Shown here piece after piece: positions 1 through 14,149 of a DNA stretch of 64,000 nucleotides. The DNA is from the human T2T-CHM13v2.0 reference genome, Homo sapiens. The notes beneath the pieces were generated by a model that saw only the letters and a list, made by a program, of their open reading frames with translations, did no database searches and was not told the DNA's origin. Made by a program: the position numbers and the translations under genes. Position 1 is the first letter of the stretch. Every line of letters starts with the position of its first letter. The stretch lies in the NCBI RefSeq assembly GCF_009914755.1, contig NC_060935.1, one strand, 5' to 3'.

Positions 1-564
1 CTCTGGACTTCCTACAGTGGCCTTTGCCTTCTTGAAGGTCTCATAAAGGTCTCATAATATTTTCCCAAGTCTGTTTTTGCCCTCACAGCTGAGGAAGCCC
101 AGCCACCCCTTCAGGGGGGCAGTGGTGGGAGTGATTTTCACCCCGTTTATCTCTTCAATATCAGCAATTTCTGTGTTCCTAACAGCAATGGATGTCATGC
201 TGGGTAATCCTCTTCCTGTTGTGAAAGGACCTGAGCAATTACCAGTGAAGTATTCAGGAAAGATCCAAGGGAAATGATAGCTAATGATGCCTTTTATCAG
301 ACCCACCAATATTTGAGCAAACATGCTTTGGAGAAAATAGAGATTGTATTATCTTTATGGGTATACAATGAATGTTGTGTTATAGTATTTGAATGTGCAT
401 ATGTGTGTGTGTGAATCTATATGTTTTAAAAGTCTTATCAGTATTCTTTTATTAAGAAATTCACTTTATTTTCAGGGCAACCTTTATCTTGTCAGAGAAT
501 CAGAGAAGATTAGAAAAAAATTGGCTTTCTAACTTTTCGTATGTTACACCCCTTGCAGTACTAC

Positions 565-1122
565 TATCCCTTCTCTTCAGAGCAATCAGAGTGGTCTTTT
601 AAAAACATAAAACAGATTATATCATATCCTCCATTAAAAATCTCCCAATGACATCCCACTGTACTTACAATAAATGCCAAGCTGAGGCTCACCTTGGCCT
701 TAACAGGGCCCTGAACGACCTGGCCCTGCCCACTTCCCGCCTTCCCTTTGGCCAGCCTCATCCATGCTCTGGTTCATTTGTTTCTTTCTGGTCTCTAAAC
801 ATGCAGGGCCTGTTCTCATCTCAGAGCCCTGTTAGTCCCACCTGCTGGTCCCACTGCCTGCACATGCCCTCCTTTCTGAAGTAGAAACCACCCATGCAGT
901 TACTCTGTTTCACTTTTCCTTGTTGGATTGTTTTCACAGCATTTGTCACTCTCTGAAATAGTCTTGTTTGTTCATTTGCTTAATGTCTGCCCTGACTCAG
1001 TGTAAGCTTCCTAAGGGGGAATCTTCTTGTTTTATTCACCACCACATTGCCAGCACCTGGAAGAGTAGCTGGACACTAACAGGTGCTCCATATATTTTTG
1101 AATGACTGAGTGAATTAGTGAA
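565..1122 (+). mobile_element. L2 (L2a-like) 3' end fragment
   Basis: Typical L2 3' motifs (tgtaagcttcc..., tttattcacc...ccagcacct, aggtgctcca...tttttgaatgactgagtgaat); boundaries approximate. Confidence 0.75.
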
Positions 1123-2099
1123 TATAAAATTTGGCTGCCACCTCCATCTGCTATGCTTTCCTCGGTCTAGTTTTTCTTTCAGGATTCTAATACAACTTTG
1201 GAGGAAGCTACCAATTGGTAGATCAAGTTGGAGTGAGTGCTATGTGGGTCAGGGAAATCTGGCTCAGAAGCCAGCTAAGGCAGGATGCATCAGGTACATG
1301 TAGGCATTTGGAACTCAGGGGGCTGCACCGTAAAAGGTATCCTCTTATCCTCAAGTTTGAGATGTGGGTGTCAGGAAGCTTCTGGAAGAGATACTCAGTG
1401 GACACTCAACAGTTATACATTTGTGCTCTGCCAACTGAATGAATGATTGCCATGAACACAGGAAACTCCTGAGAGCCTCCTTTAGCAGGGAAGCCCTTTA
1501 ATTGTATTTCTAAAATATCATCTGCCTCTATTCTGACACTTCTGTTTCCACTGCACTGCCTTAGCTAAGGTTCACTTTATCCCTCTCCCGAGGAGATACT
1601 GAAGGATCTGTCTTAAAAGCAAGTGCCAATGGTGAAAATCCCCTACTTACTCCTCATTGGAGAATATGGGAGTCCCAGCCTAGGGCTGCGGAGGTTTGCA
1701 CAGATGTTAACTATCAGATAGAGATAAAAAGGGTGTTTGCTGCCCTTTTAATCAATTGATGACCCTTTATAGCAATTCTTCTTGTAGACAGTGACCCTCT
1801 TTTATTGCTAGCTGCCAAAGACAATTTGCTGTATACTCATCTCCCCCTGCCTGGAGTCCCAGATTTACTGCTTTGCACCAATCTAAACAAAGTGGCAGAT
1901 AGTAAAGCATTTCACCATTATTCAACCTAGAAACTAAAAACTTTTCCAGATAAAAGAAAACGGAGAGAGAGACTTAGGCCAATCTAATTCAAAGGCTCTT
2001 AGGAAATGTCATCGACCTCATGGAGCCTGTAGGAATCACAGTGCAAGAACTCAATGTCATGTTTTGCTCCAAGAAATACCATTAGAATAAAGGCTTCTG

Positions 2100-2422
<323 letters not shown>

Positions 2423-2729
2423 AAAGGCTTCTATAAGTTGCCTCTATAACATATGGTAGAACAGTTATAAGGAGAGACAAATGAAGCAAGGCTACACATG
2501 ATTTTTGCCCTTTATTTGAAGATTTTTCTTCACTGAGGTCTTATAGATAAGATTTTCTCTTTATAAACTTTGCATTTTGTAAAATATATTATTTGTCTAT
2601 GAGCACAGAAAAAATTCATCCAGATAATCCAAGACCAAGGATATTTCTTAGATTAATGTCTTTTTCCATATGAGCATCAGCAGATGAGAATAAGACTCAA
2701 TGTACATAAATACCACATGTCTGTAGAAA

Positions 2730-3135
2730 GGCATTTCCTGAACTAGAGACCCAAAGGACACACTTTCCAGGATATTAATGTCACAGAAAATGTTTGGTGC
2801 ACCATTAAGTCACATTTACTGTAATAGAAGCTCCATGAGAAGAGGGACTTTGTCTTTTTTTACCACTGCAGCTCCAGCATCTAAAACAGGTCCTGACACA
2901 TAGTAGGCACTCAAAATATTTATTATTAAATGAAATGTTGCCTTAAACTAGTTTAACCAGGTTTCTTTACTGCAGGACTTTCCAGAGGCTTATCATGCTA
3001 ATATATGTAGTGAAGCTCCAAGAGGAGGTGCTGGCATAACTTATTTCTCAAACCTATTTGAACATGGGTCACCCCAGGACATATCTATTCACACCTAGTG
3101 GCACTGTGTTCCATAGAAGTTTGGGAAATGCTGAG
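2730..3135. mobile_element. hAT-Charlie MITE (MER103C-like) with an L2 3' end fragment (~2815-2935) within the span
   Basis: Terminal tttgggaaatgctg and tttctcaaacctatttga motifs; internal L2 motif tagaagctccatgag...cacatagtaggcactcaa. Confidence 0.45.
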
Positions 3136-3689
3136 TTAAATTAAAAGGACAGGTAAAAATATCTAAGGCAAAAGGGAGTACAGGTAGTTAATCCACAATT
3201 TAGGTTCTGTTACAACTTTTTGCTGACTTACATTCTTTGATCTTTGAATACAGGAAAAATGAAGAAGAGGATGGAGGAGAGAGCATGGGTGGGAGGAGAG
3301 AGAGGAAAAACAGAAAGGAAAGACAAAGAGAGACAGAGAGAAATGACCATTTGAGATGGAAGAAGTGGTACTCTGAATTGCAGGAAAAAATTCAGATTGT
3401 GCTGGGCTTTACTGGCAGATGATTGGCAGCTGGAAGCTTCTCGTGGAACCTAGTGATGATAATTGCCCACAGGCTGGATTTATCTTGTAAAGACTTGCTT
3501 GAAGCCTTATCTGCTCAATTGGCTGTGACCAGGAAAGAGGACACTGATGGTTAGATCTGTTCTCTTTTTTCAATATGGGTTCATCCACCCATCCTTTCTA
3601 CCCTGGGACACACATTAGTGAATGGTCTGGATTCGTTACTACAGAAGAAATTAGGCACAGATGAAGAATAGGTAATACTGCAGATTTTG

Positions 3690-3900
3690 GAGACAAGCAA
3701 TTGGGTTGATGGTGAGTATCCTGTGTGGTCTTGGACCTATTAACCTCTCTGTATTTCAGTTTCCTCCTCCAAAAAATGGAGATAATAATAATATTCACCT
3801 TATAAGGTCCTGAGTGTCAAATAAGGTGATACATATGCATTTATTACAGTGCCTTGCACATGGGAAGTGCTCAAATGATAATTATTGGTATCATTAGTAA
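3690..3900 (+). mobile_element. MIR
   Basis: Core taacctctctgtatttcagtttcctcctccaaaaaatggagataataata...aagtgctcaaat. Confidence 0.75.
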
Positions 3901-4584
3901 TAGTAATTAAATATAATATCTGGGTATTCTGTTAACTCATAACTTATATTTTAATTTATTTCTATGAACCTCATGTATAGCATTATGTAAGTAGATTTTG
4001 TAAGTTATTTCTTTTAATACAAAACACTTATTACAAATTCTACTTGCTTAGAAGAATTTGCTACATGGTTTTGAAGGTGGGTATCCTTTGAGGAAACAGC
4101 ACCTCTTGCAAATAGAAATATTCCCCCTGACCTTACATTATTCGTTCCTCTCTCTAAAGAAAAGAAAATAATGCCTATCCTGGAAGAAAAATTTAGACTT
4201 GCATCTCAAGTGAGTTGCTTAATATCCCATCTCAATTTTACTTTTTGCCCCCTTTTACCTTGTGCAATATGTTCCAAAGCCAAAAGTCTCTAACTCCAAT
4301 TCTCCAGGCTCTGTTCTACTGTATGAATAAAATGTAGCACAGCAGGAAAAAATGAGCCCTTTCTATACCTCATTTTCTAAAGCAGGGTGGGAGAAGGCGT
4401 CTCTCACCTGTTATGCACACCTTTGGCTCCTAGGTCATAATTACACCCGTCAGCTGGCCTCGCTCCATTTTGATGGCTCAGCCCACCTACCTGGAGGGGT
4501 TCTTTTAACTTAGGACTCTAGAAGGAAAATAAAAATGGTGATGAATGACTATGTACAAGGGTTGAATTATATTTAATTTAAAAA

Positions 4585-4872
<288 letters not shown>

Positions 4873-5302
4873 CCCAAAAAACAGTTTAGGTCCAATTGTG
4901 TATTTAGTCCACAAATGCTGTATCTCAAGTACCTAGAGCAATGCCTGGCATAGAGTAGGCACTCAATATCTTTTTTGAATGACTAAATATTAAATCTAAA
5001 ATTTAGTACCATTTTTAGGGTATAAAGAAGAAACCAAACAAAAATGAGCCCTAAGTTCCACACCCAGATAACCCCTACTGCCCCATATGAGTAATACATA
5101 AATAAGATTGGAAAAGTTGAACTAAACAGGAATTATTGAAGCAAAGCCTTCCATTTCCCTTTCTGCCCCTTATCCCGTCTTTAAAGGTAATCATTGAAAA
5201 CAATTTATTCGATGGTGTTTCCCTCAAAGCAATTATTTGTGTAAGGGTATAGATGAATACACAAGGCCACATTATTAATATAATGGACAACAAACACAAA
5301 AG

Positions 5303-5487
5303 CAGAGGTTCTCAAGGTAAAGTCTGACAACCCACATGAAGCCCAGCTGCCTCTGAAACACCTGGTTTGTCTGTTAACAGTACAGACTGAAATAGACATT
5401 CTGATTTGGTTGGTCTGGGCATGCCCAGGAATCTGCATTTCATGAAGCATCTCAAATACGTATATTCTATAACTGTAAAGTTGAAGG
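5303..5487. mobile_element. MER5-family hAT-Charlie MITE
   Basis: cagaggttctcaa terminus; ggtctgggcatgcccaggaatctgcatttc core. Confidence 0.6.
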
Positions 5488-7979
5488 ATGTGGCTCATTA
5501 AGGATCTAATGAAGCTCAAGATGATTCATGTTTTGGCACCAGACCCCACTTGTTGTGGAATTGGTGGAACTCTTAGCCAACTGTTAACCAGCTCTTAGAT
5601 GAAGCAACACATCTCTGCTGTGTGCAGCAGCTGACTTTATCAGCAAGCTTCCATCTTATCCAGTTATCTTAAAAGCCCCTTCCCGTTCCGTGTCTTCTAT
5701 CGAACTAGTTGAACTTGTTTCTTCATTGTAACAGACATGGCTATTAACTGCAGATAGTCTTAGTCTTTCTCCCTTCAGCTGCTTGATTGATGTCTAGCTT
5801 CATGTTTCTAGCTGTAGCTGTGGCTACCCCTGTTCTTGATGGTTCTGCTGCATAGAATTTAAAGCTCTTCTTCCTTAGGGACCTCATTCTGAAAAATGTC
5901 TGCTGATTATGACCATAGCGATGTCTCTGCCCTTCCCTCTGTCCCTTTCACTCTTGATCAGGGGGAACTGTGCCCAAGTGTGGGCCTGCCTTTCTCTTTT
6001 TGATTCTCAGGTAGTGAGAGCTTTTATAAGCTATCTTGGATTTTTAGGCAGAAAAGGATCACATGTAGGTTTTGAGATTGTTGAAAAATTCTTCCCCATT
6101 CTGTAGATGCCATGAGTTCCATGCATTGTGTTATTAAATGTGGTCACAAAAGCAGGAACCCAGGCTTTTTGCCCTCTGCTCAACTCTTTGAGGGCAGTCT
6201 CTGCTTGGCCTCTTAGATATCAGGTAATGAACAAGATGGAAGGGGAAAGAGATGACTCTGCCAGCTGATGTTTCTAGACAGATCATCAACATAAAAGGGG
6301 ATGGAGTTGGACACTGAATATCCTACCAAGGCAACCCATCCAGCAGTGGGATAAACATGACCAAAGAAGAGTGCCCTTTTCTCCAGGAAGATTTTGATGA
6401 TATAAGCTGACTTATGTTGGAAAAGGACCACTCTGATTACTGTGTTAGGAATTGGAAGCAGGGAGACCAGTTGCAGGGTATTATGGTGAGAAACTGAGAT
6501 TTGCCAGTTTCCTACCAGACTCACTAGAGATGACTGGCTCACACCAGGGTGGTAGCAGCAGGGGAATGAGAAACAGTTGGAGGCAACCCAGAAACTGCAT
6601 GATTGCTTGAGGTACACAGCCACCTGAAATTCACAAGCCATCAGATTCACCCCATTCACGTTTCTGTTTCTATTTCACCTCAAAGGTCCTTAATCACAAG
6701 ATCTCCTGAGATCTTCCTCTAACAAGCTGAACAATGTCTGGACGAGAGTAAAACATCTGGTACCCACAACTACCCAAGCAGTTTTGATCATTTGAATCCA
6801 CAATTTCCAGCTTTTGGGCTGTGTTGGTGCAGGCCTGTGGTGTGGTACACTTGAGAAGCACTGTGCTAGGGCTGGAGGAGCTGGTTTCTCATCCTAGTCC
6901 TGCCCCTGACTGTCATGCACCTTGGATAGGGCCCTTCTCTGGCCCCACCCACCCTGTTACAAAATGAGGAACATGGAGGATGTGGTTTCCAAGGCTTCTT
7001 CCACCTCAGACAGGCTGAAGTTCTTAATTGACTGATCCCTGGCTCCTTGATGAGGATTACAGGAAGCTGTCTGGTTTTCTCTTTTCTCATTCATTTAAAT
7101 TCTGAGTTTTAACATATGATCAACTTCCCTGAGAATCTGCATGTCAAGTTCAAGAGAGAGTGACTGCATTTAATGGGTGTCACTTTTGGAGCTGTTGCTC
7201 TGCTTTTTCTCAGAGAGCAGTCAACTCAGTTCCACTTGGAACATCACAGCCGCAAATTCCCTGGTTTGGAGAAAGCATTTTCCTTGCATGTTTCATCTGG
7301 TTCAGGCTCTGGAAGACTCAGGGGGTCTGTGAGCCTGCCTTAGGACATGCCTATTTACACTACTGGTTTCTCCTTGGACATGATTGGAAACAATCTCTAA
7401 AAGCTTTGGCCAGCTTCCTCTTTAGTTTTTGCACAGCATCCCACAAATGAATATTGTGCAGCTCTGTGGGATGCTAAGTGCCTCTTCCAGATCTGTGAGT
7501 GCCCAAGTCTGTCCAAAACCAATGTACATGGACTGGTGAGCTGAAGTGTCCAGGGGGTAAATATGAAGGAAGCTTTCCTTCTTGGCAGGCTTTTCTCATG
7601 AGGCATTTCTCAGGAGAGTTTTTCCTCTCTATTCAAGAGAGAAAGCTTGTAGTATTGTTTACACCAGAAAGCATCTTTGTAAATGTAGTCTGCAAATTGT
7701 GGAGGCCGATTTCCCCAGGGAGCAGAGGCCATAGCTGATGAGGCCACCATTAGCCAAAACCAAGGACCATGTCTGTTAAACAGTTCCAGGATGTTTTTGC
7801 AGTGGCAGTCTGGCCAACACTGACTGAAGAGTCAGAGGACCAGGAAAGTTTGGTGAATCAGGCTTCATAACATCTCCCTTTGGTGGTTCAGTGGTCAGAC
7901 CTCCCCAGAGTTCAGAGGTTGCCCTTGCCACCCTGACTAGGAGCCCAGTTGCAGCTATTACACTTGCAACCCAATACCA

Positions 7980-8150
7980 GCTAACATTTAACGAGCACAA
8001 CACTTTACCTTATATTACCTCACTTAGCCACTCCTGTCATTTTTCCACTTACAGATAAGGACACCAAGATTTATAGATGTAGCTATGTAAGTGGCAGAGC
8101 TTGGATGGTCTGAGACCCAATAGCCTGAGCTCTTACCAACTTAGCTGTAT
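7980..8150 (-). mobile_element. MIR
   Basis: ccacttacagataaggacaccaag...taagtggcagagcttgga. Confidence 0.55.
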
Positions 8151-8372
8151 TGACACCCTCAGTCATGCATCACCCAGAGAAAGGCACCTAGTCCTCTGCT
8201 CTCCCTCATGGGCTCTTATTGCAGAGACAGGGCCCACAGACCACAATGAGGAATAAAGTCATGTGGAGCCAGTGATTAGGAAGGGGTCAAAAGAATGTCA
8301 AACCAAGTGTAAAGTTTGGAGGTAAAGGAAATTCTGTGTTTTCAAATATGTTTGCCTAATAGTTAGCAAATC

Positions 8373-8840
8373 TTTTTTTTTTTTTTTATACTGGGAACAT
8401 TAAACCATTTTTTTTTATTATACTTTAAGTTTTAGGGTACATGTGCACATTGTGCAGGTTAGTTACATATGTATACATGTGCCATGCTGGTGCACTGCAC
8501 CCACTAACTCGTCATCTAGCATTAGGTATATCTCCCAATGCTATCCCTCCCCCCTCCCCCCACCCCACCACAGTCCCCAGAGTGTGATATTCCCCTTCCT
8601 GTGTCCAAAGACTTGGAACCAACCCAAATGTCCAACAATGATAGACTGGATTAAGAAAATGTGGCACATATACACCATGGAATACTATGCAGCCATAAAA
8701 AATGATGAGTTCATGTCCTTTGTAGGGACATGGATGAAATTGGAAATCATCATTCTCAGTAAACTATCGCAAGAACAAAAAACCAAACACCGCATATCCT
8801 CACTCATAGGTGGGAATTGAACAATGAGATCACATGGACA
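8373..8840 (-). mobile_element. Short L1PA2/non-Ta L1HS with 5' inversion and 20-nt 3' transduction
   Basis: TSD atagttagcaaatctttt at 8359-8376 and 8840-8857; T15, 20 unique nt, T9, L1 3' end on minus (8417-8607), inverted segment on plus (8606-8840); GAG (non-Ta) diagnostic. Confidence 0.93.
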
Positions 8841-9354
8841 TAGTTAGCAAATCTTTTAAGTTAAAAATTTTTCCCTTCTCTTTTAATTCCCCTGATTTTT
8901 ATTTCTAATTTTGTGTATTATATTGTGTTTTATTTATTTTATTCAGGAGTAAGTAAGCCAGTGACTTACCAATTTTTTTCCCTAAAGAAATAGCTCTTGT
9001 CTTTGTTACTTCAATTCCTACTCTATTTTCTAATTTATTGTGTTCTATTTTTATTTTACTAATTAATTCTTTTTATTTTACTAATTCTTTTTTCTAGTTT
9101 AATTTTACTAATTAATTAATAAATTAATTTATTGCTTTCTATTTTTATGTTACTAATTCATTATTTTATTTTACTAATTCTTTTTTCTGTGATTCAGATT
9201 CATTTCACTTTATTTTTAATTTGTTTAATTTAGTGCTTAATTCATTCATTTTATTCTCGTTTAATAATATAAGGTTGTACGATTATGAGTCTTTTTGCCT
9301 GCACACTTCTGACTGTATTACAATGGGTCCAATATGTAAAGATTCCACTCTCCC

Positions 9355-9880
9355 TTATTCATTGAATAATCTGTGTTTATTGAGTCTTACGATGTACCAG
9401 ACATTACACTAGTGGCTGGAGATATGGTCGCTAGAAATTCCTGCCTTCATGGGGCTAATTCAGGTGAGGAAAAGAAAATGATCAAGTCAATAAATAATGT
9501 CAGGCAATGATAGAGAGAAGAAGGAGAGTGATGAAGTGATAACTTGACATTTAAACAGAGATCTGGAAGAAGTGAGAAATATATATGAAGGAGAGGGATA
9601 TCTCAGATAAAGGAGACAGCAGAGACAGCACATATAAATGATCTGGTGCAGGAACATGCTTGGTGTGTTCTAAGATCCCCAGAGAGTACAGTGTGACTGG
9701 GGCAGAAAAGACTTAGAGGGAAGTGGTAGGTGGGATCTGGAGAAGTGTGCAGGAGCAAGGTCATTTGCAGGTTATGTGCAGCATTATAGGGCATGGCAAG
9801 GATTTTGGATTTTATTATAAGCGTGATAGGAAGATGGAGGATTTTGAGCATGTGACGGATGTGATCTAACTTATGTTGAT
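9355..9880 (-). mobile_element. L2 (L2a-like)
   Basis: attcattgaataa...tttattgag...cctgccttcatggggct...ggcaaggattttggattttatt. Confidence 0.75.
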
Positions 9881-9884
9881 AATC

Positions 9885-11600
9885 AGTTTATTAATGTATA
9901 AAGCTCACCCATTTTAAGTGTGCAATGTGATTAATTTGGACAAATACTGTTGTGTAAACACCAACATAATCAATATCAAGAACATTTGCAACACCTCAGA
10001 AAGTTTCCTTGTGCCCTTTATAGTAGATCCTCATTTCGACCCCCAGTCTTAGGGAATCATATATCTGTTTTAACTAACTATACGTTTATCTTTTTAGAAT
10101 TTCATATAAATTAAGTCATACACAAAGGTCTTTTGTGTCTGACTTCTGTCACTTAGCATAATAATCTTGAGATTCATCTATGTCCTTTCCTCTATCAGCT
10201 GTTAGTTTTTGTTTTTCATTGCTGAGAAACATTTCATTGTATGGATATACCACAATTTGTTTATTCATCTATCAGTTGATGGTGATTTCAGGTTGTTGGC
10301 TATTATGAATCAAGCTGCTATGAACATTAATGTAAGAGGCTTTGTGTGTGTATATATATATATATATATATTTTACTTTCTCTTAGGGGTATATGCGGAA
10401 TAGTAGTGGTGGGTCATATAGTAAGTATATAAGTTTTAAAAAACTGCTAAACTCTTTTCCAAAGTGTCTGTATTTTTCTGCATTCCTACCAGCTGTATGT
10501 GAGAATTCTAGTTGTTAACAGCTAACATTTACTACGTCTAAGTGTTAGAACTCCTAACGCTTAGTTAGGAGTCTTTCTAATTTTCGTCAACAGGGTATGT
10601 ATTGGTATCTTATTTTGCATTTACTTTACATTTCCCTTGTGACTATGTTGAGCATGTTTTCATGCACTTATCTTACCACTTGTATATCATTTCTGGCAAA
10701 GTATCTGTTCAAATATTTTGCCCATTATTTTATATAGGTTGTTTGCTTTCTTATTATTATGCTGATTAATTTAAAAATTTTAAACTAATCTTACATTTTC
10801 ATGATAAATCTCACTTGGACATGATGAATTGTTCTCTTTATATGTTGGTGTATTTGATTTGATAAGATTTAGTAAAGGATTTATATATTTGTTTATGAGA
10901 AATATTGATCTGTGGGGCTTTTTTGAGTAATTTCTTTGACAGGTTTTGTTTTCAGGTAACATTGACTTCATAAAATAATCTGAAAAGCATTACCCCTTTC
11001 TTCTATTTTCTGATAGAGTTTGTGAAGAATTGGGTTATTTTCTACCTTAAATATTTGATAGAATTATCAGTACATCTAATAGGTATAGAGCTATTTAGAT
11101 TATCTATTTCTTCTTGAATGAGCTTTTTTTGTTTGTTTTCCTTCCAAGGAATTTTAAAATTTCACCTAAGCTGTAGAATTTATTGGTATAAAGTTGTTTC
11201 TAAAATTCTCTTATGATTCCTTGTAATGTTTATAGAATGTGTATATTATTTTCTTATCTATTCCTGTTTTAGATTTATTTTGTCTTCTCTCTTATTTTTT
11301 GATTATTTGGCTAAAGTTTAATTGGCCTTTTCAAAGAGTGAGCATTTGATTATCTTTTTCTCTATTTTTTTTCGGTATGAGGTCATTGGTTTTTACTGTG
11401 ATCTTTGTTATTTCCTTTATTCTACTTACTTTAGGTTTGATTTGTTCTTCTTTTTCTAGTTTCTTAAGCTAGAAGCTTAGATTATTGATTTAGATTATCC
11501 TTATTTTCTAACTTTTGCGTTGTAATGCTATACATTTTGCTCTAAGGGCTACTTTAGCTGTATCCCACACATTTTTTGTATATTGGATGTAAAAATTTGT
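9885..11600 (-). mobile_element. Old L1M (L1MB/L1MD-like) 3' UTR plus deleted ORF2 fragments
   Basis: cacccattttaagtgt, cacttagcataat, atggatataccacaatttg 3' UTR motifs; minus-strand ORF remnant NVWDTAKVALRAKCIAL matches L1 ORF2. Confidence 0.75.
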
Positions 11601-11949
11601 TTGTTTCAAAATACGCTGTATTGACTCAAAAGGAAGATTGATGTCTTTTTCAATATGGCCAATTAAAAAAATCAGGGGTATTTGAAAAATTATCCTGTGT
11701 GTCATCTAGAAGCAATGTAATTAATGATCATACAAATCACCCATTGCTTTTGTAAGCCCAAAAGTTGTAGGCAAAACTTTCTGGTAAATTATATAGTTTA
11801 TACTCCATGGCTACAACTGAAAGCTAGTACTTTGAATTAGAATAATCTTTTAAACATAATAATGCCAGCAATAGATAGGAAATTTCTGAAACATGAGCAT
11901 ATGTCACACATAAAGGTGGTAAAATGTGACATTGGTAGACACAAGAAAG

Positions 11950-12140
11950 GCTTAACATTTAGCAAACACCTACTATGTGCCAGGTCTGGGCCAGGATTAT
12001 ACTGATCTCATTTAGTCACTTTAGTAATTCTAGGTAGGTATTTAGACATGAGGAAATTGAAGCTTAGAGGATAGAAACTACTTTTCTAAGATTATATATG
12101 ATTCAATCTCAGGGTGGTCTAATTTCAGATACTACTCTTT
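11950..12140 (-). mobile_element. MIR
   Basis: acctactatgtgccagg...atgaggaaattgaagcttagag. Confidence 0.65.
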
Positions 12141-13144
12141 TTAATACTTACGTGGAAATACAGAGTCAAGAGAAGAAAATAGAGCAATAACACGTATCAT
12201 AAGTAAAAAAATTCATTATTATAAATTATAAACTTATATAGACATTTTGTATATATAAAAGTACTTGATATGTCAGAAGCACTGGTTATTTAGGCAAAAT
12301 ATTTTATCTCAAATTTTTTCTTCTAAGATTAACTTATCTTACATAGAGGCAGGAATTCTATTCTTTTTTCCCATTCTAGGTAAATTCTTCTGAAAAGTAC
12401 TCAAATAATATAAAATAGTGATCTTCCAAGATAGAGGAGGACCAATTTTTTTTAGGGAAAGGAGTAAGAAAAGATAACATTGAAAATTTTAATATTTAAA
12501 TAAACCAAGTATTATACCCATTCTAATTATTGGCTATGCGATATTGGACATGTTACTAGAACCCTATGAATTCCAGTTTTATCATTTGAAAGTTAAGCAT
12601 TTCTTGAGTAACTTTATATGCCAATATCCTGAAGTAGCACACAGTATAGCTCTTCACAGGTTAGTAGAAAGGTCTTTGTTAAAAGGCTCTTACCCTAACC
12701 ATTGCTTTGTTACAAACGGATTATATTCTGCTCCTAGTACGTGACTTATTCTTTCCCTTTGTGCCATTATTTTTATCCTGTATGCACTTAGAGAAAGCAG
12801 AATAACGTGAACCATCTAACACTTTTAAAAGAGAGGTTTTTTTTTTTTTTCATTGCAACCACAAATATATGGATTGCCAGAGAAATGCCTCATTTGACAG
12901 TTGGAAGTCAGGTACTAGCTTTGCCTGGGAGGCTATCAGAGGCTCCTCAATTGCTTCTCCTTCTGTCCCAGTTGCATATTTATCTCAGGGATAGCACCCA
13001 GCTTCTAAGAAAAGGGAATTACGAGGTGGAACTTTGGGGGTTCCGTGACATATGGGATTTACTTTCTCTGGGTGAAGTAACAGGGCAGTGAAACCAACAT
13101 GAGAGTGCAAACTCTCAGAAGACAATTTTACCACCCATATATCT

Positions 13145-13460
13145 ATTGATTCATTTAGGCTTTATTAAATAAATATTTACTGAATGACTACTATGTACAA
13201 AGAACTGTGCTAAGTGATAGGAATCAGCAGGTGACAAAACAGAAGAAACACCTGTCTGCATGAAGCTTTTATTCTAGTAGTTTACAATAAATAAAAGATA
13301 TTGGGGGGCTAAATTTAAGCTAGGCATTATTCAAGTACTTTAGGCATATTACCTCACTAGTCTCATGGAAACCCCCTAAGGTCAGTACTACTGATGTCTC
13401 CATTTTACAAAGAAAACCGAGGGCAAGAAAAGTGAAGTAACATACTCAAGATCAGCAAGC
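13145..13460 (-). mobile_element. L2 3' end followed by MIR
   Basis: aaatatttactgaatgactactatgt (L2); ccattttacaaagaaaaccgagg...aagtaac (MIR). Confidence 0.6.
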
Positions 13461-13478
13461 TAGAAAGAGGCAGAGACA

Positions 13479-13879
<401 letters not shown>

Positions 13880-14149
13880 CTAGCAGAAGAGATAACGTGA
13901 ATTGACATTTATAACATGGATAGAAATTGTGGAAGGTGAATAGAGATCATATCTAATTGAAGATTCTGGGGAGATTTTCATGAAAGAAGTGACATTTGAT
14001 TTGGGGTTAGGCAGGTGGAAATGAAGAAAGAAGTAAGGGAAAAGATGAGTAAAGGTGCAGAAATTTGAAAGCACAGAATCCAGTCAGTTTGACTGAAGCT
14101 GAGGGTACACAAAGGGATTAGTGGTAATTAAGGTTATAGAAATGACTGA

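Noticed and set aside
8443-8820. 125-aa ORF as a novel fusion protein
   Set aside because: It is an in-frame read-through across the L1 inversion junction, with no promoter evidence.
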